NCBI GenBank assembly: GCA_027623675.1
Contig: JAQBVF010000013.1
Location: 21,979 to 85,978, forward strand
Direction of reading: 5' to 3'
DNA length: 64,000 nucleotides
DNA from: Chloroflexota bacterium
GTDB lineage: Bacteria > Chloroflexota > Dehalococcoidia > Lucifugimonadales > UBA3495
Shown: piece after piece, positions 11,188 through 21,337 of the stretch
Position numbering within the stretch: the first letter of the stretch is position 1
How the letters are laid out: the number at the start of each line of letters is the position of its first letter
Made by a program: the position numbers and the translations under genes
The notes under the pieces: generated by a model
Told to the model about the DNA's origin: nothing
Databases searched by the model: none
The model's input: only the letters and a program-made list of their open reading frames with translations

Positions 11188-12018
11188 CTAAGGTTTATCG
11201 TTCCATCTGGGATATGAACCCAGGACCCGGAGCATACTGATTGGCTCGGATAGCGCCGCCAAGGCTTCCTTCATCGGCGACTCCTCCCGGTGTCCACCAC
11301 AGTCCACCCAGAAGATATACTCCCCCAGCATTTGCTTGGTGGGCCGCGATTCGACCTTGAACAGGTTGATTCCCCGCTCGGCGAATTCTCCCAAAACCCG
11401 GTAGAGCAGACCCGGCGTGTCCACCTCGAACGTGAATGCCATGGAGGTTTTATCGCGCCCGGTGGGAGCGTGGTCGGACTTGCCAATCACCGCGAACCGG
11501 GTCACATTGGCCGCCACATCCTGGATGCTACGGTCCAAGATCTCCACGTCGTATAGCTCCGACGCCCGGCGCGGAGATATGGCGGCCGCCGGAACGGAAC
11601 TGTTCAGCGCGTCGGTTACGCACAAAACGGTGCTGAGTGACGCCATCTGCTCGGCCTGGGGGTAATTCTTCTCCAGGTATTCACGGCACTGGGACAGCGC
11701 CTGCGGATGGGAATAAATGACCTTGATGTCGGCGGGATCAGTCCCTGGCTTGGTCAGCAGGTAGTGTTCGATGGGCAGGTCGATCTCGCCCCGGATGAAA
11801 AGGGCTGGCTGGCTGATCAGCAAGTCCAGGGTGAAGATAACCGAGCCAGCCAAGCTGTTCTCGATCGGGACCACGCCCTCGTCGACTTCACCCGCAACCA
11901 CCGCTTCCCCCACGGCTGAGATGGTCGGGTAGGTCTGGCCGGCGGTGGGCTCGTAGATGAGGGCGGCTTCCTCCGAATAGGTGCCCAGAGGACCGAGGAA
12001 TCCGACGGTTTTAGCCAT
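11188..12018 (-). CDS. pheA: Prephenate dehydratase with ACT domain
   Basis: LGPLGTYSEEA, VPIENS, YSHPQALSQC, NVTRF, NLFKVESRP, LGSYP. Confidence 0.95.
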   Translation of the reverse strand: MAKTVGFLGPLGTYSEEAALIYEPTAGQTYPTISAVGEAVVAGEVDEGVVPIENSLAGSVIFTLDLLISQPALFIRGEIDLPIEHYLLTKPGTDPADIKVIYSHPQALSQCREYLEKNYPQAEQMASLSTVLCVTDALNSSVPAAAISPRRASELYDVEILDRSIQDVAANVTRFAVIGKSDHAPTGRDKTSMAFTFEVDTPGLLYRVLGEFAERGINLFKVESRPTKQMLGEYIFWVDCGGHREESPMKEALAALSEPISMLRVLGSYPRWNDKP

Positions 12019-12020
12019 GC

Positions 12021-12680
12021 CTACACCCCGGTCAAGATATCATGTAGGATCTGTTCGTCGCCCGTTGGAATCACCGCCACCAACTCGTCGTCCGCTTCCA
12101 CCACCGACCGGCCCGTTGGCAACTCGGCGCCGTCCCGCTTAACCACCAACGTTATGAAACTGTTGGGGGGAAGCTCAATCTCGCTCAGGCGCTTGCCGAT
12201 GATATTGGCGTCCTCCGGGATGGAGATGCTGACCAGTTCCATGCCGGGCACCCGCAGGTTCATCAGGTGGACCAAGGGACGCCCCGGTACGCCCTCCTCC
12301 AGGCTGGCCAGCACCAGATGGGTGGAGTTGACCACCACATCTATGCCTACTTCGTGGAAGATGGGCTCGTTCTTGGGGTCTTTGATCAGCGCCATGGTAC
12401 GGGGGACCTTGAAGATATGCTTGGTCATTTGGGAGACCACCAGGTTTGTGGCGTCAAATCCCGTCAGGCTCACGACCACATCGGCCCGGGAGACTCCGGC
12501 GCGTTTCAATGTCCGTTCGTCGGTGCCGTCGCCAAGGAGGGCAACGCTGCCCAGCTCTTCCGTTAAGAGTTGGAACCTTTCATTGTTCTTCTCGACCACG
12601 ACCACCTCATGCCCACCGGCGATGAGCGCCTTGGACAGATGATAGCCGGACTCGCTGCAGCCAACAATTACCACATACAT
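12021..12680 (-). CDS. trkA: TrkA family K+ uptake regulatory protein (RCK_N + RCK_C)
   Basis: N-terminal Rossmann fold, GDGTD, DATNL, C-terminal IIGKRLSEIELP. Confidence 0.85.
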   Translation of the reverse strand: MYVVIVGCSESGYHLSKALIAGGHEVVVVEKNNERFQLLTEELGSVALLGDGTDERTLKRAGVSRADVVVSLTGFDATNLVVSQMTKHIFKVPRTMALIKDPKNEPIFHEVGIDVVVNSTHLVLASLEEGVPGRPLVHLMNLRVPGMELVSISIPEDANIIGKRLSEIELPPNSFITLVVKRDGAELPTGRSVVEADDELVAVIPTGDEQILHDILTGV

Positions 12681-12693
12681 GAATCTATTATAT

Positions 12694-13095
12694 CTACGCC
12701 TCTATAGCCTGGCGGACATCCTGCAATAGGCCGAAAGAATAGCCTACCACGTCCAATCCCAGGGCTGCATACAGCACCTGCAATTGGGGACTGCCCAGGT
12801 GGCACACAACTTTGGGGACATTGAAGATGTGCTTGGCGATCTGCGCCACCAAGATGTTCTGGTGGTCGTCTGAGGACATGGCCAAGAAGACGTCGGCGTG
12901 GTCGATCCCGCCTTCCTGGAGATAGTCCTGCATCATTGGTTCTGATGTTAGGACCACCCGGACGCCGGGATGAACGGCCACGCTTTCCAGGCAATCGCGT
13001 TCGCCGCCCAGGACCGTTATCTCAGCGGTCCCGTCGGCCAGGTCGGCCACGAGACTCGAGGTGAGACGGTTGCAGCCGAATATCAGAACCCGCAT
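12694..13095 (-). CDS. TrkA-N (RCK_N only) protein
   Basis: IFGCNRL, ADVFLAMSSDDHQNILVAQIAKHIFNVPKVV. Confidence 0.8.
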   Translation of the reverse strand: MRVLIFGCNRLTSSLVADLADGTAEITVLGGERDCLESVAVHPGVRVVLTSEPMMQDYLQEGGIDHADVFLAMSSDDHQNILVAQIAKHIFNVPKVVCHLGSPQLQVLYAALGLDVVGYSFGLLQDVRQAIEA

Positions 13096-13131
13096 GTTAA
13101 ATCCCGTCCATAAAAACCGGCGTGGCCTAGC

Positions 13132-13587
13132 CTAGACTCTGGGGAAGATGGGTGCAGGCGCCCGTTCCCGCCAGAACATCACCTGGCACGAGGCGTTGTG
13201 GAAGATGTAGGAGGCTGTGGCGCCCAGGGTGCAGGAACCGAACCGGCGCAGATAGGGAACGCCAACGATCAACAGGTCCATGAAGCGGTCCTCAGACTCC
13301 AGCACTATTGCCGGACCAGCCTGTCTGGCCCGGAGGAACCTGGCTTGAAGATCCTTGTATTTCTCTTCGGAAGCGATCGCCTCGATACGGGCCAGGATCT
13401 CCTCGCCCTTGTTGATGTCGTCAGCGATCTCTGATTCCAGAGACAACTCCAGCGGGACCTCAATCACATAAACGGCATGGAGTTCGGTTTTGGACTCCCT
13501 AGCCATCTGGCAGGCCCACCGGAACGTCAGTTCACTGTACGGTTTCCCGTTCACCGGAAGCAGGATTCGTTTTGCGTTCAATCGCAT
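13132..13587 (-). CDS. Universal stress protein
   Basis: RILLPVNG, LHAVYVIEVP, AGPAIV, DLLIVG, LGATASYIFHNASCQV. Confidence 0.85.
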   Translation of the reverse strand: MRLNAKRILLPVNGKPYSELTFRWACQMARESKTELHAVYVIEVPLELSLESEIADDINKGEEILARIEAIASEEKYKDLQARFLRARQAGPAIVLESEDRFMDLLIVGVPYLRRFGSCTLGATASYIFHNASCQVMFWRERAPAPIFPRV

Positions 13588-13766
13588 TGCGGCACATTGC
13601 CCTGTATAGGTTGATTAGAGTCGGTGATGGACTCAAACATAGAGGCTCAACAAGTCCCCCGGCCCGTAATCAAGGGCAGATTATACGAGCAGTATTACCC
13701 TATTACAATATGGATTCAGGGGACGTCCGGGGCATTCGAAACATGAAGACGCGGCGTGGACCGGCG

Positions 13767-14480
13767 TTAGCCGTGGCGGTGATTGTGGGGCTCAGACGCG
13801 GCGGGTTCCAGGTGCCGGGCAATCTCCGAAATCTTGCCCAGATGTTCGTTGGTGGCCGCTACAATCAGCACGTCGCCGGCCTTGATCTCTTCGTCCTTGG
13901 CGGGGTGGAGGAATGAAGTACGGCCTCGTCGGATGGCCAACACAGAGATGCCGTGGCGGTCAGCCGTGCCCGCTAGGCCGGCTTCCTCCAGAGTGTGGCC
14001 CAGCATCTCCTCGGGTGGCCTGAGTTTGCTGATGCCGAAATCAGGCACGATGGGCATGTAGTCGATGACGCCGGTCTCAAACCCTACGTGGGCGGTTCGC
14101 CGGGCGCTCTCCGACTCGGGGTAGACCACGCGGTCAGCGCCGATCCTTTCCAGGGTGGCGCCGTGCAGTTCGTTGGCGGCGCGGGCGATGATGAAGGGCA
14201 CTCCCAGGCTCTTTAACAGCACCGAAACGAGGATGCTGGACTGGATGTTCTCGCTGCCCAGGGCCACGGCGCAAACGTCATATTCGGCCACATCCAACTC
14301 TTTCAGGATCGACTCATTGGTGGCGTCGGCCCGGACGGCGTAGGTAGCCCGCCCAAGTTGTTCCTGGACTTTGACCTCGTCCAGGTCGATGGCCAACACA
14401 TCGTGGCCGCTCTGGAAAAGCTCCTGAGACAGCGTGGACCCGAACCGGCCAAGTCCGATGACACAAACTTGTTTCTTCAC
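13767..14480 (-). CDS. KtrA/TrkA family K+ uptake regulatory subunit
   Basis: VIGLGRFGS, VLAIDLD, RIGADRVVYPE, C-terminal RCK_C. Confidence 0.88.
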   Translation of the reverse strand: MKKQVCVIGLGRFGSTLSQELFQSGHDVLAIDLDEVKVQEQLGRATYAVRADATNESILKELDVAEYDVCAVALGSENIQSSILVSVLLKSLGVPFIIARAANELHGATLERIGADRVVYPESESARRTAHVGFETGVIDYMPIVPDFGISKLRPPEEMLGHTLEEAGLAGTADRHGISVLAIRRGRTSFLHPAKDEEIKAGDVLIVAATNEHLGKISEIARHLEPAASEPHNHRHG

Positions 14481-14517
14481 TAGGCGATTCCCGAAAACGT
14501 TCTAGACATAACTATCA

Positions 14518-15972
14518 TCAACCTATTCTAACGCCTTCTTGGGCAAAACGGTACTCTTCGGTATCGTCTTCAGTGGCTAATGCAATGGCCAGGGCCATCG
14601 GCCCCAGGCGGCCAACGTACATCAGTACCATGTAAATGACCTTCGAGGCCGTCCCGGAATCTGGGATTATCCCGGTGGAAGCGCCGGTCGTGCTAAGTGC
14701 GGATACGCTATCGAAGATGATGTCCAAGAATTCGATGTCCGGCTCTAAGGTGGTGATGATCGTCGCTGATACTAAAAGCAGGGCCAGGCCGAGGACGGCA
14801 ACCGTGAGCGCGCGGTGCAGTTGCGATTGGGGTATCTCGCGGCCAAACGCCTCGGCGTGGGGGCGGCCCCGCAGGGACGAGATCACAGCCGCCATCAACA
14901 CCGCGAAGGTCGATACCTTGATGCCGCCGGCCACCGATCCGGCCGACCCGCCGATGAACATCAGTCCGGTGAACGTCGATTTGGTGACATCCTTGGCCTG
15001 CCCGAGGTCTATCGTTGAGAAGCCGGCGGAGCGGACGCTCACCGACTGGAATACGGCGTTCACGACCTTGTCCACCCAACTGAAACTACCCATGGTTTCT
15101 GCGTTGGCGAATTCCGCCAGGTATAGGACTCCGGCGCCCAATACCCAGAGCAGGATGCTGATGACCAGCACCAGTTTGGTCTCCAGAGCGAATCGGGCGA
15201 ACCGGCGCTTGCGGAAAACGTCCATTATCAAGACCCAGCCCAGGCCGCCCAGGATGGTAAGTGATGACATCGTCAGCAACACCACCGGGTTGGACACGAA
15301 CCGGGCGACGCTGGTCCCCTCGGGCACTTCGGGTACGATATTTAATCCGGCGTTGTTGAAAGAAGAAACCGCCAGGAACACGGATTGCCACAGGGTCCTG
15401 ATGCTTCCCAAACCGTCGATGCCATTGATCTGCCAGAAGATTATGGCGCTCCCGCCGGCGTACAGCGCAAACACCATCAAGATCACAGCACGGCCGACCT
15501 GGCGCAATCCCTGCATCTGGTCAACCCCCACGGTGTCACGCATCAGCGCCCGGGTTAAAAGCCGTTCTTGCAGGGTAGATCTTTGGCCGATCAGCAGTAG
15601 GGTAAACGTACTCAGGACCATGAAACCCAAACCACCAACCAGCATCAGCGCGAATATAACCACCTGGCCGAAGGTGGACCAGTAAGTGCTGGTATCAACC
15701 GTTGTATGACCGGTCACCGTCACCGCTGAGACCGAAGTGAAGAATGCATTCACCATGGGTGTGAACCCGGAGCCGTTATGGGCGAAAGGAAGGGTTAAAA
15801 GCCCCCCGCCGGCCAGGATCAGCAGCGCGAATCCCGAGAGTATGATGGTGGTGGTGCCCAATAGGGGGCGGCTCGGCCGGGACGGTTCCACATCTGTGAC
15901 CGAGGGTGATAGCTCCCGCCGTCTCCGCAGCCGGATGATGTTGTCGATGGGCCGGCGTCGGCGTTCAGCCAT
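14518..15972 (-). CDS. TrkH/KtrB K+ transporter membrane subunit
   Basis: Four pore loops: SAVTVTG, SSFNNAG, SVRSAG, SALSTTG; FIGGSAGSVAGGIK; MYVGRLG. Confidence 0.92.
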   Translation of the reverse strand: MAERRRRPIDNIIRLRRRRELSPSVTDVEPSRPSRPLLGTTTIILSGFALLILAGGGLLTLPFAHNGSGFTPMVNAFFTSVSAVTVTGHTTVDTSTYWSTFGQVVIFALMLVGGLGFMVLSTFTLLLIGQRSTLQERLLTRALMRDTVGVDQMQGLRQVGRAVILMVFALYAGGSAIIFWQINGIDGLGSIRTLWQSVFLAVSSFNNAGLNIVPEVPEGTSVARFVSNPVVLLTMSSLTILGGLGWVLIMDVFRKRRFARFALETKLVLVISILLWVLGAGVLYLAEFANAETMGSFSWVDKVVNAVFQSVSVRSAGFSTIDLGQAKDVTKSTFTGLMFIGGSAGSVAGGIKVSTFAVLMAAVISSLRGRPHAEAFGREIPQSQLHRALTVAVLGLALLLVSATIITTLEPDIEFLDIIFDSVSALSTTGASTGIIPDSGTASKVIYMVLMYVGRLGPMALAIALATEDDTEEYRFAQEGVRIG

Positions 15973-16237
15973 GATCTGCGCCGCCCGTTGCCGCAGACCT
16001 TAGTCGGCCACCCATTGATGGGTGGTTGGGTGGGAAACGGAAAGATGGGAGAACTATCGGCATCTGAAACAGGCGGATACTACCTAAAAGACCTGAGAAA
16101 GGTTTCGAGGAAATCTTGGGGAAGAAAGGACTCTGTGACCGACCTTCGTTGGCGGCTAAAACCCTATCTGCTTGGGCGTTTGAATCTGGTATTTTGGGAA
16201 TCTGTTATTTTATGGAACATCAAATGAAGTAGGATGG

Positions 16238-16266
16238 ATTCTAGGATTCGGTCTATCCCGTGTCAA
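16238..16266 (-). promoter_or_regulatory. Near-consensus sigma70 promoter for the trk operon
   Basis: Minus strand TTGACA (16266-16261), 17 bp, TAGAAT (16243-16238). Confidence 0.75.
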
Positions 16267-16469
16267 TGAAACCGGCGGTACGATTGGGCCAAAAAATCCG
16301 TATCCAGTCACGATAGCTCAAGGGCATTTCGAGACTGTACGGGCTTCTATGCTACTATGATTGGCGATAGCTTCTCGGGGCTAATATAATTGGCGCGGGC
16401 AACGCCGGCCACCGATCCGGGAGACCGGCGTTCTTAGTCACCGGCTTTCGTGTTTAGAGGTGCAGATAC

Positions 16470-18947
16470 ATGACCAGCAGCTTCCGGCAGGTCGAAGACG
16501 GGTTCGACCACGCTGCGATAGACCGCAAATGGCAGGCTCGTTGGGAACAGGACGGCCTGCATAAGGTTTCCGACGACGACCCCCGCCCCAAATGGTACGA
16601 GATGACCATGTATCCGTACCCCTCGGGCGACCTCCACATCGGCCACTGGTACGCCATGGCCCCGGCCGACGCCCACGCACGCTTCAGGCGGATGCAGGGC
16701 TACAACGTGCTGCATCCCATCGGTTTCGACGCCTTTGGCCTGCCTGCCGAGAACGCCGCCATCAGCCGCGGGATCCACCCCTACGAGTGGACCATCAGCA
16801 ACATCGAAAACATGCGCCGCCAGCTGCGCTCCATTGGCGCGATCTACGACTGGGACCGGGAAGTGATCTGCTGCGAACCCGAGTATTACCGCTGGAACCA
16901 GTGGTTCTTCCTGAAGTTCTTCGAGAAGGGTCTAGCCTACCGCGCCAATGCACCGGTTGTCTGGTGCCCCTCTTGCCTCACCGTGCTGGCCAACGAGCAA
17001 GTGCTGAACGGCGCCTGCGAACGTTGCGGCACCGAGATCACCCGCCGCGACCTGGAGCAATGGTTCTTCAAGATTACCCAATACGCTGACCGGCTTCTGG
17101 ATTTCAGCGGACTGGAAGAATGGCCGGATAAGATTCTGACCATGCAGGCCAATTGGATCGGCCGCAGCGAGGGCGTTCAGATCGCCTTCGATATCTCCGG
17201 GTACGGTCTGAAAGAGAAAGAGATCAGAACATTCACGACCCGCATCGACACCGTCTTCGGCGTGACCTTCATCGTGCTGGCCCCCGAACATTCGCTGGTC
17301 CCCCGGTTGACATTGCCGGAGAACCGGGAGGCGGTGGACGAGTACATCAGCAAGGCCCGCCAAACATCCGAGATCGACCGGCTGTCCAGCGACAAGGACA
17401 AGACCGGCGTGTTCACCGGCAGTTACGCGGTTAACCACCTGAATGGCGAACGGGTGCCCATCTATATCGGCGATTACGTGCTAACGACCTACGGCACCGG
17501 CGCGGTTATGGGGGTGCCGGCCCACGACGCCCGGGACTTCGTCTTCGCTCAGAAGTATAAGTTGCCCATTCGGACCGTGGTCGCTCCCATCGAGTGGGAC
17601 GGGAAAGACCTGACCAGCGCCTATCTGGGCGAAGGTTTCATGACCAACTCGGGCGCCTACGACGGCATGACCAACAACGAGGGCAAGTCGGCCATCGCCG
17701 ACGACCTGGAGAAGAAGGGTTGGGGCAACCGGACGGTCTCCTACCGGGTACGCGACTGGCTGATCTCCCGGCAGCGCTACTGGGGCACGCCCATCCCCAT
17801 GGTCTACTGCGACACCTGCGGCGTGGTGCCGGTCCCGGAGTCAGACCTGCCGGTGCTGCTGCCGCAAGACGCCGAATTCAAGCCCACCGGCGAGTCGCCG
17901 CTGGCGTCGAACCATGACTTCGTCCATACCAAGTGCCCCAGGTGCGGCGCGGACGCCCGCCGGGAGACCGACACCATGGACACCTTCATGGACTCGTCTT
18001 GGTACATGATGCGTTACCTGGACCCCCACAACGCCGCTTGCCCGGCGGAACCAAGCCTACTGAAGAAATGGATGCCCGTGGACCAGTACACCGGTGGGGC
18101 CGAGCACGCCGTCATGCACCTGCTTTACTCCCGCTTCTTCGCCAAGGGCCTCCACGACATGGGCCTGGTGGAATATGACGAACCCTTCTCCAGGTTGTTC
18201 AACCAGGGCGTTATCCTGGGCGAAGACCACGAGAAGATGAGCAAGAGCCGGGGGAATGTGGTCAACCCCGACGTGGTGGTCGGACGCCTGGGCGCCGACG
18301 CGGTGCGCTGCTTTCTGATGTTCATCGGCCCCTGGGACCAGGGCGGTCCCTGGAGCGACGTGGGCATCAACGGCACGGCCCGCTGGCTGAACCGCGTTTG
18401 GGACATAGCCGGACGCGACGCCAAGCCGCTGGATGACGGCCCGGTGGATGACCATGTGATCCGCGATACCAACCGGCTGCTGCACCAGACCATCCGCAAG
18501 TGTCATAACGACCTGGACCGCTTCAAGTTCAACACGGCCATCGCGGCGTTGATGGAATTGACCAACCACCTGAACCGGGTCTGGGCCGACGGCAGCGTCG
18601 ACGCCGCCACCTGGCGAGAATGCACCAAGAGTCTGCTGCTCATGCTGGCCCCCATGGCCCCGCACATGACCGAGGAGATGTGGGAGGCCAACGGCCACGG
18701 CTACAGCATCCACCAACAGCCCTTCCCTTCCTGGGACGACGGCCTGGCGGCCGAAGACGTAATCACCCTGGTGCTGCAGGTGAACGGCAAGGTGCGGGAC
18801 AAGCTGGAGGTCCCGGCGGGTATCGCCGAGGCCGAAGCGCAGGAGATGGCCCTGGCCAGCCCCCGGCTCCAGGCCCATTTGGAAGGTAAGTCGGTGGTGA
18901 AAACCATCTACGTGCCCGGCCGCCTGGTCAACGTGGTGGTCAAGTAG
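16470..18947 (+). CDS. leuS: Leucine--tRNA ligase
   Basis: PYPSGDLHIGH, DWLISRQRYWG, KMSKS; gaggtg RBS. Confidence 0.97.
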   Translation: MTSSFRQVEDGFDHAAIDRKWQARWEQDGLHKVSDDDPRPKWYEMTMYPYPSGDLHIGHWYAMAPADAHARFRRMQGYNVLHPIGFDAFGLPAENAAISRGIHPYEWTISNIENMRRQLRSIGAIYDWDREVICCEPEYYRWNQWFFLKFFEKGLAYRANAPVVWCPSCLTVLANEQVLNGACERCGTEITRRDLEQWFFKITQYADRLLDFSGLEEWPDKILTMQANWIGRSEGVQIAFDISGYGLKEKEIRTFTTRIDTVFGVTFIVLAPEHSLVPRLTLPENREAVDEYISKARQTSEIDRLSSDKDKTGVFTGSYAVNHLNGERVPIYIGDYVLTTYGTGAVMGVPAHDARDFVFAQKYKLPIRTVVAPIEWDGKDLTSAYLGEGFMTNSGAYDGMTNNEGKSAIADDLEKKGWGNRTVSYRVRDWLISRQRYWGTPIPMVYCDTCGVVPVPESDLPVLLPQDAEFKPTGESPLASNHDFVHTKCPRCGADARRETDTMDTFMDSSWYMMRYLDPHNAACPAEPSLLKKWMPVDQYTGGAEHAVMHLLYSRFFAKGLHDMGLVEYDEPFSRLFNQGVILGEDHEKMSKSRGNVVNPDVVVGRLGADAVRCFLMFIGPWDQGGPWSDVGINGTARWLNRVWDIAGRDAKPLDDGPVDDHVIRDTNRLLHQTIRKCHNDLDRFKFNTAIAALMELTNHLNRVWADGSVDAATWRECTKSLLLMLAPMAPHMTEEMWEANGHGYSIHQQPFPSWDDGLAAEDVITLVLQVNGKVRDKLEVPAGIAEAEAQEMALASPRLQAHLEGKSVVKTIYVPGRLVNVVVK

Positions 18948-19025
18948 CCTTCGGTGTCCCGCCAGCCTTTTCTGGTCCAAGATGGCCGGGGTTGAAACCC
19001 AGGCCGAGTCCCACCGGGTGTTGAT

Positions 19026-20516
19026 ATGCCTGCGTTAAACCCAAATCTTGACCTAAACGACATCTACCGCCGGTTCACCGACGGCGACCGGAGCGGCGCC
19101 GTCCGCGCCGGCTGGGTCGAACGCTACCTGGATTCGCCGGTCTCCTTCTGGTGCAGTCTCCACGCGCCGTCCGCCGCCAGAGACCCGATGAACGACCAAC
19201 AGCAGCACATCTTCGACATCGGCAATACCCACCAGGACCGGGTCAACGCGCTGCTCTACCCCGGGGGAATTCAAGAAGTGTTCACCAGCGAGGAGGACGG
19301 CTTTCGCCGCTCGTTGGAGGTGATGGCCGAGGGCGGCGTCTATATCAAGGACATGCCCCTGGTCTGCTGGCCCAACGGACTCACGGGACGCCCGGACGTT
19401 TTGGAACGGGTGGACGGCGTGCCATCGGTCTTCGGAGATTATAGCTACCGTGTTGTTGAGATTAAATCGGCCCGCCGCCTGCGGGAGTCCCAGATATTGC
19501 AAGGCGCGCTCTACAACCGGGTGCTTGGCCTGGTCCAGGGCTACGAACCCCCGATCTTCCAGATGGTCAACGGCGACTCCGGTATCGTCCCCGTGGACAT
19601 GGCTGATGTTGACCACCGGCTGGACGAAGTGCTGGCTGAGGTCAGGGAGATCATGGGCGGCAAGCCTGTCGATTTCTGTTACGGAGCCGCGCGGTGGCCC
19701 TGGATGTCATATGTGGACAGTCAGGCTGTCGCCGCCAATGACGTGTCCCTGATCGTGGGCGTGGGCGCAACGGTCCGCTCCAACCTGGTGGCAGCCGGGT
19801 ATGCCACTTTGCAGAGCATTGCCGAGGCTAATGAGACTGAATTGGTCACCGTTAGGCGGGTGGGCGCCGCAACGGCAAAAAAGATGGTTATCTCCGCCCG
19901 GGCGATCCAGGGGAATCAACCGCTCCCCCGCGGCGAGTTGGCCGTGTTGCGGCGGGGCAGGACCGAGGTTTTCTTCGACTTTGAGGGCGCCCAGGAACAG
20001 GAACAGGACGGCGGCTTGGAGTTGGTCAACTATCTGATCGGGGCCATCCACCGGACTCCCGGCGGAGAGGCCCGATACAAGCCGTTCTTCGCCGAGACCT
20101 TTGACGACGAGGACGCCAACCTGACGGCGTTCCTGCAATGGGCTGGTTCGTTGGATGATCCGGTCTTCTACCACTGGCATAGCTACGAACGCACCCATCT
20201 CGAGAAGATGGTGGACCGTTACGGCGTGGACCCGGTGTTGGCGGCGGGTGTATTGGACCGGCTGGAAGACCTCTCCCCCTGGGCCACCAAAGGATTCGCC
20301 TTTCCAGCCTATGGCGAGTCGTTGAAGGACATCGCCAAATGCCTGGGCTTCAAGTGGCGTCAGGACGACGTAACCGGGGTCGGGACCATGTCGCTCTACA
20401 TGAGGTACGTGGATTCAGGGAGCGCCGACCAGACAGCCAAAGGCAAGATAATCATCTACAATGAGGACGATTGTTTGGCTACGATGTATATCTACGACTG
20501 GGTAATGGCCCAATAA
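19026..20516 (+). CDS. TM0106 family RecB-like nuclease (PD-(D/E)XK + HhH + RNase H-like domain)
   Basis: GRPDVLER...VEIKSAR...QGALY; VGVGAT and RRVGAATA HhH-like; VFFDFEG, YHWHSYE, SLKDIA, YNEDDC. Confidence 0.85.
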   Translation: MPALNPNLDLNDIYRRFTDGDRSGAVRAGWVERYLDSPVSFWCSLHAPSAARDPMNDQQQHIFDIGNTHQDRVNALLYPGGIQEVFTSEEDGFRRSLEVMAEGGVYIKDMPLVCWPNGLTGRPDVLERVDGVPSVFGDYSYRVVEIKSARRLRESQILQGALYNRVLGLVQGYEPPIFQMVNGDSGIVPVDMADVDHRLDEVLAEVREIMGGKPVDFCYGAARWPWMSYVDSQAVAANDVSLIVGVGATVRSNLVAAGYATLQSIAEANETELVTVRRVGAATAKKMVISARAIQGNQPLPRGELAVLRRGRTEVFFDFEGAQEQEQDGGLELVNYLIGAIHRTPGGEARYKPFFAETFDDEDANLTAFLQWAGSLDDPVFYHWHSYERTHLEKMVDRYGVDPVLAAGVLDRLEDLSPWATKGFAFPAYGESLKDIAKCLGFKWRQDDVTGVGTMSLYMRYVDSGSADQTAKGKIIIYNEDDCLATMYIYDWVMAQ

Positions 20517-20590
20517 CGGGGATACACGCCGCCGAATCTCAATACGGATAGTCACTGCGGGAAACGCAGGGGCAGTTTAGGTTTTATTGC

Positions 20591-21319
20591 ATGACAACTA
20601 GCGGTTCAAATAACGGTCTGGGCAGGCTCTACGGCATCGGAGTGGGGCCGGGTGACCCCGAGCTTCTGACCATCAAGGCCCAGAAGACCCTCCAACGAGT
20701 GGAGGTTATCTGCTTCACCCAGCTGGACGATGGACAAGAGAGCTACGCGCTCGGCGTGGTGCGGGGATTATTGGAAGCGGTCAATCCCCAGTTTCTGGCC
20801 ATCACCATCCCGTCCGACGATGACACGCCGGTCGACCCGGAAACCTGGAGCCAAGCGGCCAAAGAAATATCGGGTCACCTTAAAGCGGGCCGTGACGTTG
20901 CTTTCATCACCGAGGGAGACCCCATGCTCTACAGTGAGTTCTTCCACGTGTTGGAGAGCGTGAAAGAGGCGGCCTCCGGCTTTGAAGTTGAGGTCGTGCC
21001 TGGCGTTTCATCGGTGATGGCGGCCGCGGCCAGTTCGGGCATGCCACTGGTTACCCACGGCCAGCGACTGACCATCCTACCCAAGGTATTCGGCATTGAC
21101 GACCTGCGGGAGGCCATCACCAACTCCGATACCACCGTGCTGATGGAGGTGGACCGGGACCTGCTGCAGGCCCTGGCCAACCTGGAGAAGCTGGGCCTCA
21201 CCGGCAAGGCCACCTACGTGCGCCAGGCTAGCACCGCCAGGGAGAACGTGGTGGACGACATCTCCAAGCTGTCGGCCGAAGACCTGGACTACTTCTCGCT
21301 GCTGATCATCCGGCGGTAG
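20591..21319 (+). CDS. cobI: Precorrin-2 C20-methyltransferase (CobI/CbiL family)
   Basis: LYGIGVGPGDPELLTIKA, FITEGDPMLYS, VPGVSS, YFSLLII. Confidence 0.82.
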   Translation: MTTSGSNNGLGRLYGIGVGPGDPELLTIKAQKTLQRVEVICFTQLDDGQESYALGVVRGLLEAVNPQFLAITIPSDDDTPVDPETWSQAAKEISGHLKAGRDVAFITEGDPMLYSEFFHVLESVKEAASGFEVEVVPGVSSVMAAAASSGMPLVTHGQRLTILPKVFGIDDLREAITNSDTTVLMEVDRDLLQALANLEKLGLTGKATYVRQASTARENVVDDISKLSAEDLDYFSLLIIRR

Positions 21320-21337
21320 GGCCCGCCAGACTTGCAG

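Noticed and set aside
15973..16235. ydaO c-di-AMP riboswitch
   Set aside because: Conserved GCTGAATCC and CCCGTCAGCTAAC-like elements are not seen.
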